From Octopus bimaculoides (Eukaryota): a DNA stretch of 64,000 nt. The stretch's first letter is position 1. Each line of letters opens with the position of its first letter. The DNA lies in the NCBI RefSeq assembly GCF_001194135.2, contig NC_068993.1:28039908-28103907 (forward strand). Reading direction: 5' to 3'. The position numbers were made by a program, and so were the translations under genes. Below, piece after piece: positions 24,926 through 36,800 of the stretch. Under the pieces are notes generated by a model. The model did no database searches. It was given only the letters and a program-made list of their open reading frames with translations, and was not told where the DNA came from.

Positions 24926-25072
24926 CATTGGAGTACCATCATAGTAAGACAGAAAATTGCTGTCAATCACAAACCACCGGTTCTTGTAGCATTGTCTGGT
25001 AATGGTCTTTTTGTTTTGAGAGCGTTTCTTCATGAAATCACTGAGTAACTCACAATTGTTCTGCTGTGACAT
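24926..25072 (-). CDS. Btk: Tec/Btk-family kinase, first coding exon (PH domain N-terminus): MSQQNNCELLSDFMKKRSQNKKTITRQCYKNRWFVIDSNFLSYYDGTPM
   Basis: KRSQNKK...KNRWF...LSYY matches the Tec-family PH signature (BTK KRSQQKKK...KKRLF...LSYY). ATG at 25072 has A at -3 and an upstream in-frame TAA. Donor ATG|GTCAGT is at 24925. It joins in frame to 484-386. Confidence 0.9.
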
Positions 25073-25190
25073 GTTGGGACCAAGGACAACATCAGACAAG
25101 CTTGGATTATCTCCTTAAAATTGTTTTAATTTTCTGTTTTACTCCAAGGAAGACTCCATTTAAAACTGGTACTGAAGCCTCTTCACAGCT
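25073..25190 (-). other. Probable 5'UTR part of the first coding exon, containing a 6-codon uORF (25159-25139, MESSLE*)
   Basis: Acceptor tttttaattacAG at 25192-25191. A weaker ttttaAG at 25115-25114 is an alternative. Confidence 0.55.
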
Positions 25191-25274
25191 CTGTAATTAA
25201 AAACATACAAATATATACATACAAAAATCTATATCTAGATATAAAATATATAGATCATCTCTGTCTGTCACATA

Positions 25275-25491
25275 CAAGGGGATGCTGAAAAGTTCCTGGC
25301 TTTAAGGATTTTGTGAAAAGCCTGATTGGAGGCCTAACCTTCCAAGTTCTTTTACAGGGCTTAGAAAAACTGAAGGACCATTGCATTAAGTGTGTGAATC
25401 TGAAAGAGGAATATGTTAAATAAAATCATAATTAACTGATCCTCCTGTATTTTTAAAAATCCCAAACCAGGAACTTTTCAGCACTCTCTTG
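25275..25491 (+). mobile_element. Mariner-derived MITE (217 bp)
   Basis: TIRs caaggggatgctgaaaagttcctgg / ccaggaacttttcagcactctcttg with TA flanks. Interior retains the transposase C-terminus LEKLKDHCIKCVNLKEEYVK*. Confidence 0.88.
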
Positions 25492-26499
25492 TATATGACA
25501 TACATACCCCCACAACACACATATTGTATGTCTTATAACATATATATATACACACATATAATGAAGATGCTGCATCTCATGGAAGAGATGACAAAAGACA
25601 GTATTTATTGATGATATGCAGTACTCTAGAAGACCTGTCACCCATGCCAATGTATACTCAAGGATAATGTTCAGAGATTCAAATATTTGTACCTTGCCAG
25701 GGCTACATTTTCTGTCCCCCTCATTTTACACTTTTGACTTCTCCTCCCTTGTATCTATTGCTCAATGCCTTTCTCACCCATCTCCCCACCTTCTCATCAT
25801 TCACAACCCTCCATCTCCCAACCACCAGTGCTGACCGTACCATTTTCATTACTCTGTTCATCTGCCCTTCAGCACACTAGTATATAAGAGACTACATTAG
25901 GTCACCATCATCCCCTTTCTCATCCATTATATTCACACATTTGGGTGCTATGTTGCCAGTCACTGCTATTGCAACACCCACATATCTTTTACCTCTTGTT
26001 AATCAGAAATAGAACAAAAATGAAAATGAGATTTTGCCATATTTATAGAAAATAATGTTACAAATTGAGTCCCATTCTCCTAACAGGTAGGGATACCCCT
26101 GGTCTAATTGCTTACACCAACCACAATACTTCCTTATTTTATTGACTTTGGCAGTATAAAAGGCAAAGTGGAGCTAAATGGAATTTAAGCACATAATGTA
26201 AAACAAATACCACAAGGTATTTTGTTCAGAATTCTATCAATTCTGCCTTTCAGTGTTTAATCTCACTCCATGGTGTTTTGAGCAAGTGTCTTTCACTACA
26301 TTCCTGGGCTAACCAATGCCTTTCAGTGCAATTTGATAGGAAGTGTGGAGAAACCCAGCATTGCATACATTCATACATGCATGCATGCAGTCAGACAGAC
26401 AGATATAGATATTGCAGACACTAGCACAATAATGTGTCAGCTCCAGCAGTTGATCCTCTCAAAAAAGGAGAGGTTAGTAAAAACGACAAATTTGCTATT

Positions 26500-26895
26500 T
26501 TCAATTTGGATTTTGTGCCTAGAATGTTGGGTAATGACTGAAAAAGTATGATTGTGCATACAAATGGCCAAAATGGAGTGATGTTATCCAACAAGGTTCA
26601 AAACTTGGAGATCAGGGAATCTCTTCAAGTTGAAACTGCTACTTCTCCACATTGACAGATCACAACTTTGATACTATGGACAAGTGATTAGAATGACACA
26701 TGATTCTTCATGCCAAGCCAACCAGCAGGAGACCTAGAGGTAGATCACAAATGAGATGGTTGGATAATATCTATATGCTTGAAAATGCAGCTGGGAAATG
26801 TAATGACAGTTGCAGCTGAAAGAATCCAATGGAAGTACCTGAGGACTCTAACACTATGACCTTCCCAAGAATAGTGGGTGGAGAAGATGGATGGA
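26500..26895 (+). mobile_element. 3' end of an RTE-like LINE (same family as 40945-41815)
   Basis: Shares gagatggttggataatatctat and atgaccttcccaagaatagtgggtg with 41670-41815. Confidence 0.75.
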
Positions 26896-26909
26896 CACAC
26901 ACACACACA

Positions 26910-26970
<61 letters not shown>

Positions 26971-26974
<4 letters not shown>

Positions 26975-27250
26975 TCATCGTTCGTTTAACGTTTGCTTTC
27001 TATGCTGGCATGGGTTGGATGATTTGACCGAGGACTGGTGAACCAGATGGCTGCATCAAGCTCCAATCTGATTTGGCAGAGTTTCTACAGCCGGATGCCC
27101 TTCCTAACGCCAACCACTCTGAGAGTGTAGTGGGTGCTTTTACGTTCCACCGGGACGAGGGCTAGTCAGGCAGTGCTGGCAACGGCCACACCCACATGGT
27201 GCTTTTTACGTGCCACCTGCACAGGAGCCGGTCCAGTGACACTGGCAATG
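26971..27250 (-). mobile_element. RTE 3' tail adjoining an (AT)30 microsatellite
   Basis: catcatcgttcgtttaacgtttgctttctatgctggcatgggttgg, the same tail as 20261 and 57560. Confidence 0.85.
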
Positions 27251-27464
27251 ACTTAAGATAACAACATTACAACAAAAGAAAACTGAGAGTTTGTTCATTC
27301 ACTCATTTCATTGTCCATTTGTTTCACTAGCTTTTACTTCTTTTTCAAGTAAGGGATCTCTTATTTCATACATCTTCGAAAGTGTAGAAGAAGTTGATGA
27401 TTTGTTGACAGAAGTAACATCACTCATAACTTTCAAAGTGCAAATACAAGCAAATACATACACA

Positions 27465-27935
27465 CATAATGGGTTTCTCTACCAAATTTAAGCTCACTCA
27501 CAAAGCTTTGGTCCAAGATGTTATGCAGTGAAACTGAAGTGAAACCTGAAGCCACACAGTTGAAAGAATTTCTTAACCATGTGACAAGAAGTGTGCTTCC
27601 CCACCACATGGTTCTGGGTTCAGTCCCACTGCGTGGCAACTTGGGCAAGTGTTCTCGGGCTGACCAAAGCCTTGTGAGTGGATTTGGTAGATGGAAACTG
27701 AAAAAAGCCCGTTGTATGTGTGTGTGTATGTGTTTGTCCCCCACCATTGCTTGACAACTGGTGTTTCTATTTACATCCGTGTAACTTAGTGGTTTAGCAA
27801 AAGAGATCAATAGAATAAGTACCAGGCTTAAAAAATGAAGTAAATTCTGAGGTCGATTCATTTGACTAAAAATTCTTCAAGGTGTACCCCAGTATGGCTG
27901 CAGTCTAATGACTGAAACAAGTAAAAGGTAAAAAA
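27465..27935. mobile_element. Head-to-head family-A SINEs (minus partial, then plus copy)
   Basis: Minus head remnant 27465-27570; plus copy from about 27575 to the tail at 27935. Confidence 0.75.
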
Positions 27936-28351
27936 GTTTTAAAAATACAGCCCTGTCTATACTAAATAAATAACTTGCACACACACATACATACACGCAC
28001 ACACACATACACACACACACACGCATGCACACACTCTTTTATAAATAAGAAACAGTATTGTTTTTGCTATGTTAAAAACATGACTAATTTCATTGACACA
28101 CTCACATATACACCCAGGTTGCAGTAGTTTGCAACTATAACAGATATGATTGGTGATATTTAACAGTAAGGGGGTTAGTACTGGCGGCAACGGCAGCAGT
28201 AGCAGTAGAAGAGTTACAGTAGCAGCAATAGTACAAGTGTTATAGTAGTAGTAGTTAGTGGTATGTGTTGGGTGTATGTACTAATAATAGGTATGGTAGC
28301 ATACAGACTGAAAAAAAAGGATGTATGTGTGTTTATTAAATACATACATAT

Positions 28352-28384
<33 letters not shown>

Positions 28385-28414
28385 AAGAGAAAGAGAGAGG
28401 GGGAGAGCTGATAA

Positions 28415-28454
<40 letters not shown>

Positions 28455-28699
28455 AAGTGTCTTAATTTAGCTTCAGGCTACAACAGGTTGTAATGGTGTG
28501 TGTATTGGTGTAGTTGTTGGGACATGAGTGCATTCATATATAAATGTTGACGGTGTTGAGTATTTGAGGAAGAGGATAGAACACCTATGACCTTTGTACG
28601 ACCTGACCACCTCCACTTAAACTATCGAGAGTGTAGTAGGGTAGGGGAGATGGGTAGAAGATATTGAGAAAAGAAAGTGTCTACTGAGCCAGTGGTTGT

Positions 28700-28920
28700 T
28701 ATGTGCTGATATTGTTTAGCCCTGTGTCAGCCCTGATTGAATAGGTATTTGATCAGAGCATTCCAGTGGCAATCATACCATTGTCTTCCTAGGACAAATG
28801 CAGTCAGAACTACAATAGCCAATGAATCCTCCTTTTAAGAAGGAATGGTGTAATATGAGGAAGATTTGACTGCTATTTCTAGCAGGTAATGTAATTCTAG
28901 AGGCTCCTATATTGATTCAA
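28700..28920. repeat. Old dispersed repeat family, with related copies near 190-340, 6195-6600, 30300-30430, 43690-43840 and 54450-54610
   Basis: Shared motifs tttgactgctatttctagcagg and ttgtttagccc..gtcagccctgattga. Confidence 0.55.
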
Positions 28921-30590
28921 GGTTGACAATAAATAGATTATTAATGCATAGAAATAAACAATACAGTAAACATGGTCAAATCCCAAGATTCAGTCAAGAA
29001 TATCACACCATATGTCAACAAGAGTTAATCAAATGTGGGCCAGAGAGAACACTGACTCCTCATAAGCATATCATAGAGGAAACTTTCAATTCAAAAGATG
29101 AAAAAAAAAAGTGAAACACAGATAAAATCAACAAGTGGGAAACTTAGCCAGGAGCCTCAGATGACATATTGCGGCTGAGGTCAACCATATAATTTTCATG
29201 GGATTTATCAAGGACCTTTGACCATTGTATGGCATAGAGTCCTAGACCACGGTGTGACAAACATTATTTAGCCACTATGTGGTGTATAGTACTTGACCAA
29301 AGTGTCATGTACTGACCCACATGTGATATTTGACTACTACTACACCATCACTACAAAACCACAACCACAAATACTCTTAACATGTGTATTTGCTGAATGA
29401 AAGCTTTTAGGATGACAAATCTTTTTTGTTAGCTGTTTCCCCCTCTCTCTTCTCTTCTTGATACTATCACTTTTCTCTATCTCCTGGTGGTGGTGATGGT
29501 GAACATAGTGATGGAGGAAGTGGAAACTGAAATGGATAGAAAATGTAGAGGTAGAGAGAGGTGGGGAAAGAACCTGCTGCCCACCTCTTTTTGCTAGAGA
29601 AATATATAAAGACAAACAAGTATTATGTTTTATGTCTATTCCTCCCATCCACACGAATTGAATCACATAACCAGAACACCATCAGCTGCCAACAACAGCA
29701 ACAGCAGCAATAAAAAGGTGGTGGTAGCAGTGGAAGGTGGGAGAGTTCTGCCTCCTGAATGAGAAGTGGAGACAAGCAAGAATTAAGTTTTTATTCATTC
29801 ATTGAAAGGAGGAAGGAGAGGTTACTTACAAGAGGGGGTGAGACTGAGAAAGGACAAGGATGCCTGGGACTGAAGGCTTTAACAATGTAAACTATGACCA
29901 TCACTCCAAACAATTAGTGAAATCTCACTGGCCAGTTTAACACCACTATCTGATTGTTAGTTGCCTTTAGCAGAGTTCACTCTGTTGCAAGGCTCCAGTT
30001 TGAGGATACCTTCCTCTCACCCTCACATAATTCTACCATTTATGATTTGTAGAGGCACATGGTATTTTGTTATGCAATCATAATATGCTACAAGGTATAT
30101 TAAACGTTTTTATCAGTGCTGGCTATAATACCTACAGAAAATCTGTAGAGATGACCATAACACCTCAATTCCACCAGTCTTGGAAACTCTAGAAAGGTGT
30201 TTAAGCACTGCTTTTCTTCTGAACTAAAAGATAATAAAAAAGTGAAACAAAGATTTGTATATGGGGGTGGTTGTTGGGGTGATAGCACTTCAGCACCTTA
30301 AGTAAAAAAGATGCATTGGATTATGTAATCTAAGAGACACTAAGCCTAAATAAAAGACTAAGATGATCATTGCTGGAAACTTTTGATCATAAATTATTTG
30401 ATCAGGATCGAACAGGATTTAAACAAAAATTAACTTAAAGAACCATTCCCCCATCTAATGCCAGAGAGGAACCAAGTTTAAAATCTATTAAAGAAAAATC
30501 TTTAAAAAAACACCCCCAAAACTACTATTATTATTATTATTATTATTACTATTACTATTATTATTATCATTACTATTACTATTACTACTA

Positions 30591-31234
30591 AGGTAGCAAG
30601 CTGGCAGAATCGGTAGCATGCTGGATGAAATGCTTTACTCTTTTACTTGTTTCAGTCATTTGACTGTGGCCATGCTGGAGCACCACCTTTAGTCGAGCAA
30701 ATTGACCCTAGGACTTATTCTTTGGAAGCCTAGTACTTATTCTATCGGTCTCTTTTGCTGAACGGCTAGGTTATGGGGACATAAACACACCACCATCGGT
30801 TGTCAAGCGATGTTGGGGGGACAAACACAGACACACAAACATATACACACACATACATATATATACACATATATATGACGGGCTTGTTTCAGTTTTCGTC
30901 TACAAAATCCACTCACAAGGCTTTGGTCGGCCTGAGGCTATAGTAGAAGACACTTGCCCAAGGTGCCAGGCAGTGGGAATGAACCCGGAACCATTTGGTT
31001 GGTAAGCAAGCTACTTACCACACAGCCACTCCTGCGCCTATGCTTAGCGATATTTTGTCCATCTTTATGTTCTGAGTTCAAATTCCGCCAAGGTCGACTT
31101 TGCCTTTCATCTTTTCAGGGTTGATAAATTAAGTACTAGTGAAACACTGGAGTTGATGAAATTGACTAGTCCCTCTCCCAAAATTTCAGGCCTTGTGCTT
31201 TTAGTAGGAAGGATTATTATTATTGTTATTGTTA

Positions 31235-31268
<34 letters not shown>

Positions 31269-31480
31269 GGCAGCGAGCAGGCAGAATCGTTTGCATGCCA
31301 AGCAAAATGCTTTTTGGCATTCTCTCCACCTTTACATTGTGAGTTCAAATTCCACTGGGGTTGACTTCGTCTTTCTTCCTTTCAGGATTGATAGAATAAG
31401 TATCAGTTGAGCTATGAGGTCAATGTAATCAACTACCCTGCTCCCCAGCATTTCAGGCCTTGTGCCTATAGTAGAAAGGA
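30591..31480 (+). mobile_element. Two family-B tRNA-like SINEs; the first is interrupted by a minus-strand family-A SINE (30636-31039) with target duplication ATGCTT
   Basis: Head ggcagcgagctggcagaatcgttagc, B-box-like gagttcaaattcc and (ATT)n tails. atgctt occurs at 30630-30635 and 31040-31045. Confidence 0.85.
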
Positions 31481-32074
31481 TTACTGATAATAATCCTTTC
31501 TACTATAGACACAAAGCCCAAAATTTATTATTATTATTATTGTTTTGAAAGCAGATGGACGTGTCTCCAGAAGCTCTGTACGTTGTTGGCCAATTTTATT
31601 GGAAAATTTGTTCAACCTATTGATATTTTTGTATATTTGTGTAGCCAAGTCAACTAGGTTCTTGCAGAGTTAGTCGGTTAGGCAAAATTTTCGTTTAAAA
31701 CTTTGAAATTTTGTATTGAATCTTAGATATTTTGCCAAAATGTCATTGAAGAGAACAGTAAGCTGTTCCCTTCTTTGTCCACCACACCCTCTGTTAACGA
31801 ACGACAAGTCAAGTTGAACATCAAGTAATAAAACACTCCACCTGATTTGCGCCTTAAAAGGCAAAGAAGTGAAAGAGAATCAGCATTCCACCATGTGCAG
31901 CGCTACTGATGAAAATGAAGGCTGTTCTTTAAACCGCCTTTCAAACCTGCATTTCCCAGCTCTCACCACCACTATTGCTCCTACACCGGAGAAGGAGGAA
32001 GAGAGAAATAACTTGGTTACCAAAGAACCCAAAACCAACAAAACCCATTGTAACAGTTTTGCATCCGATAACTT

Positions 32075-32848
32075 CCAAAGGTCCCTCACTTGGTAGTGCT
32101 ACTGAGGGGCACTGCCTGTTCAAGATAAATTCTACCGGCATGGAAGTGCCATCAGCGGGGCCTGCCTGAAGTGCGCTCAGAGCGACAAAACCATTCTGTA
32201 CGCACTCGTCCAGTGCCTGAGTATTGCTGACCTATGGGTTTATGTTGAACAGCTACCATCACGTGTAGGACAGATCTGGCTATCAGCTGAATCCATAGTG
32301 AAGATTGCCCTCCTGACCTCCTTTAACCAGGAGGGCAAGGTAATTTTCCTTTGTCTGGTGGCTGTAGTGAAAGAGGTGGTATGGTGGACCCGTTTGAAAG
32401 GGCTAAAGTCAGACACTTTCCTCTTCGGTCAAGGCCTCATCAACTTTTTCAAGTTCCACTTGAAAATGAAGGTGAGAGTAAAGAGAGAAGTGCTGTCTCA
32501 TAGCAAATTTATTGAAAGGCGGGTGAATGTCGGTAAAACGGCCAGTATGAACGGACCAATTCTGAGGTTACTTCTTTAAAAAAAGGTAATATAAAAGGAG
32601 AAGGGGGCTCTCTCCCCATTTGACCATGGCTTTTATGGGTTTTTCCATGAGTAACCTTTCAAAGCGCCTCCCCCAATTGGGAGTTTTACTTGTTATATTT
32701 TTTGCTGTTTTTCTAATGTTTACGTGGACCTTTCTTTTTTGCAAAACCCTTTGTACTTTTTGTCCCATGTTTGTCCTTACATGTTTTTGATTTACATTAG
32801 CCCTTGTGGCCAATAAAACAGAATTAATAATAATTATTATTATTATTG
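32075..32848 (+). mobile_element. Tx1/L1-clade LINE 3' end (post-RT zinc-knuckle region)
   Basis: DNFQRSLTW*CY*GALPVQDKFYRHG..SGACLKCAQSDKTILYALVQC...LW.YVE, then AATAAA and an (ATT)n tail. Confidence 0.8.
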
Positions 32849-32850
32849 AA

Positions 32851-33850
32851 GATGGCAAGCTGGCAGAATCGTTAGCAAGTTGGATGAAATGCTTAGCGGC
32901 ATTTCACTCATCACTAAGTTCTGAGTTCAAATTCTGCCAAGGTTGACTTTGCCTTTCATCCTTTTGGGGTTGATAAATTAAGTACCAGTTGTGTACTAGG
33001 GTCGATCTAATCGACTGCCAATCCTCCAAATTTTAGGCCTTGCGCCTATAGTAGAAAGGATTATTATTATAATTATTATTATTATTAAGGCAGCAAGCTG
33101 GCTGAATTGTTAGCATGCCAGGCAAAATACTTAGCAGCATTTCATCCATTTTTACGTTCTAAGTTCAAACTCTACCTAAGCTGACTTTGCCTTTTATCCT
33201 TTTGGTTTCAATAAAATAAGTACCAGTTGAGCACTGGAGTCGATGTAATTAACTGCCCCACCAAAAAAAATTACTGGTCTTGTGTCAAAATTTGAAATCA
33301 ATAATATCATTATTATTATTATTATTATTGCAGTGAACTGGCAGAATTGTTAGCATGTTGGATAAAATGCTTAATGACATTTCATTCATCTTTATGTTCT
33401 AAGTTCAAATGCCACCAAGGCTGACTTTGCTTTTTATTTATTTGGGCTCGATGAAATAAGTACCAGTTGAACACTAAGGTCGATGTAATTGATCAGACTC
33501 CTCTCCCAAATTTTCTGGTCTTGTACCTATAATAAAAAGGATTATTTTTGATAAAAATGCTTTGTGGATTTTCCTTCAGTCTTCTATATTCTGAGTTCAA
33601 ACCCTGTCAAAGTCATCTTTGCCTCACCAGTCAGGTACCAGGGTTGATTTAGTAGATAAACTCTTTCTCCCAAGATTTTAGGCAATGTGCTATGTTAGAA
33701 ACAATCATTATATAGGGTGGTAGACCGGTAGAAGCATTAGAGCATCAGATGAAATGGTAATTGGTATTTGTTGAAGTCCTTATTGTTGTGAGGTCAACTT
33801 TGTTTCTCGTCCTTACAGGGTCAATAAACTAATGTACCAATTAAATATTG
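32851..33850 (+). mobile_element. Head-to-tail array of about five family-B SINEs separated by (ATT)n tails
   Basis: Copies start near 32851, 33087, 33330, 33555 and 33715, becoming more decayed along the array. Confidence 0.85.
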
Positions 33851-33859
33851 TGTCAAGCT

Positions 33860-34204
33860 CCACTGACTGCTTTGACATGGTTTTTACAGTTGGATGCCCT
33901 TCCTAATGCCAAACACTTTATGTGGCATGAGCACCAGAGAGGTTACCAAGTAACTTGCGAGACAGGATCCTTCAACTGAATGAGGAGTAGTATTGAAGGA
34001 AGTGGCTTTGTGCCAAATGATGAGAGGTTAAAGTATGTTAGGGGGACAGAAATAGGTGTTTTGGAGTAGAGGAGATACATGACTAGTTGAGTTGGAAAAG
34101 GGTGAAGAGGAGGAATGAGAGAGAGAGAAGAGATGGGGGAGGGAGGGAGGGAGGGAGGGAGAGATAGATAGTTAAAGAGAGAGAGAAGAGATGGAGGGAG
34201 GGAG

Positions 34205-34275
<71 letters not shown>

Positions 34276-36190
34276 AGTTAAGAAGATGTGTCAGGGCACA
34301 TCAAGTAACAGGAAGTGTTATATAATAGAGGATTAGATAGGGTGAGAGGGCAGGTAAGTTTCAAAGAGTGCAAAAAGTAAGTGGGAGAGAAGGGAAGGGA
34401 ATACAGAGTATGATGAACATGAGTGGAAGGAGGGACTATTAGGAAGGTGAGTTGTAGGGAAGGGATTTGTTAGGGACAGATTGTGTGTAGTACAGGAGGC
34501 ATAGACATAAACAACGGACTTCATTTTTACTTAGCTGGACAGGTCTTCTTGGGCACTGAAAATTATCTACCATCTCAGTCCTTTGTCATCTCCTCAGTGA
34601 GGCTGAACAACTGAAGGTCATTTCTCACCACTTCATTACATATCTTACTGGATCTTCCTCTTCCATGGACTCCATCCATATTTAGCAATCAGCACTTCTT
34701 TATACAGCTGTCCTCATCCATATGCATCACATGACCATACCAGCAGAGTCATCTCTCTTGCACACTACATATGATGTCTATTATGCCCAATTTTTCTCTC
34801 AACACATTCACATTTTGTTATACATGTATACTGACATTGCACATCCAGTGGAGGATGCCATCTCCATTTCTTTCAAGCTTTTACATGTCCTCTACATTTA
34901 CAACACGTATCTCATTACCATGTTTGTACACAGGTATCATACGATCCGCCTTTCACTCTGAGGGATAGGCCCTTTGTTATCAACAAAGTTACAGCTCTCT
35001 GAACTTTGCCCAGTAAGTTCATATTTCAGAGCATCCACCTCCACTTGCTAATCTGGGTCACCTAGGTAACAAAAACTATTTACTACTTCTAAGGATCTTT
35101 CTGGGCATTGAAGGAAATCTGTTTCTTGTATGTTCTTAGTGTTTATTGTTTCTGACTATCTGTTCACACACAAAGACTACTTTCTCTGTTACCCCTCTGT
35201 GATTCCATCGCATATCTTATATGTCCATAGCTTGCACGGGGTACACTGTATAGAATTTCTACCTATACCTTTTCTACATATTGAGCAGAGCCATTTCCTT
35301 GAAGGATTAGTAATTTATCTGCTTTCTTGCTTACTAGATCTTTGGTCCTTGTTAAGTCTTTCATCTACAGTCCTTTGATTCAAGGCTTTGCCTCTACATT
35401 TGAAATTTCTTCTCTAATTCTATTACAAATTCAGCTATAAGAACAAGGTCATCAGTATAGAGGAGCTCATATAAGCAACCAGTCTACCAATCTTAAACAC
35501 CTCTGTTATAGCCTGGAGGACTATGATAAGTAAGATGGGGCTGAGAACTGAGCCTTGGTGAACTACCTGCACGCTGAATTCATTGCTGACTTTCACCTTA
35601 CAACATTCATGAATATGGCTTGAATGGTTTTCACCAACCATTCATGTACCCCTAGCTTTTGCAGTGATCACCAAGTGAGAAAGTGATAGACCTTGACAAA
35701 TGTCAAAAAAGTACAGCAGTTTATTTTGGTTAAATACTTCTCCTGCAGTTGCCTTACCAGGAAGATAACATCAGTAGTACTTTTTCTTGGTACAAAACCA
35801 AACTGCATCTCATGAAGGTTAACTCTTTTCCTAATTATTTGAGCTATGACCCTTTCTGTAACTTTCATGATCTAATCCAACAATGTGATACCTCTGTAAT
35901 TACTATCTAAGATATTTCCTTTAGCTTTGAAATAGTTGACTCTGACACTGCTACACCAGTCATTGAGCATGACCTCTTCCTAAATAACTACATGGGAGAC
36001 TAGGCTGTACCCCATGCCACCAGATATTTTAAGCATCATCCTGGTGGTCATTTCTGATGGACTAGGAGCTTTTCCTGTCTTCATGACCTTAATTGCCTTA
36101 TCTATGATACTGCTGTCAACTTGGATGGCTGGTCTCTCTGTTGGATCCACATCAGAAAGATTATCCTTCTCACAAGCATTCTCCACAAAC
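33860..36190 (-). mobile_element. Decayed RTE LINE (RT to 3' UTR) with an embedded (GA)/(GATA) microsatellite
   Basis: MKVTERVIAQIIRKRVNLHEMQFGFVPRKSTTDVIFLVRQLQEKY; VHQGSVLSPILLIIVLQAIT; KMKTGKAPSP. Confidence 0.88.
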
Positions 36191-36589
36191 AGCCTTTCAT
36201 TGTGGCACTCTCATGCTTCTTATATATATAAATAACATATTTCTATACAGTTTCTATCAACGAAATTCACACAAAAGGTATATTAGTTGGCTTGGGTCTA
36301 TAGTAGAAGACATTTGCCTAAGGTACTTCACAGAGTCAACTTTTCAAAGGTTGTTTTATTCTGGAATTCACTAGAACATTTTTGTATTATTCAATCTTCT
36401 ATTTCAAATATTGCTGTTGTTATTGTTTAACTTTGAATGAGTGGACCAATGATTAAATGTATTCCATCATGAACATTTGTCTTATGTTTATTGAAGATTA
36501 CATAGCTCAATCTTTGTTTTCCTGTTTTAAAATTAGTTCCAATCAAATGCTAGAGTTAATTAAATTATATTTCTCTTCCTTGTGCCTAT

Positions 36590-36800
36590 ACAGATAGTAG
36601 AGTGTCAGACAAAATGCTTTGCAATATTTCTTCTGGCTATTTACATTCTGAGTTCAAATCCTGCCATGGTCAACTTTGCTTTTCATCCTTTCAGGGTTGA
36701 CAAAATAAAATACCAATCTAGAACTAAAGTCAATTTCATCAACAAACATTCTCTCCTCAGACTTGCTGGCCTTGAATTTAAATTAGATACAATTGTTGCA
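36590..36800 (+). mobile_element. Family-B SINE, decayed
   Basis: ctgagttcaaatcctgccatggtcaactttgcttttcatcctttcagggttgac. Confidence 0.7.

Noticed and set aside
29340-29666. 108-aa minus ORF with a His tract
   Set aside because: The poly-His derives from a (TGG/TGA)n repeat and there is no recognisable homology; it is kept only as a candidate UTR region.
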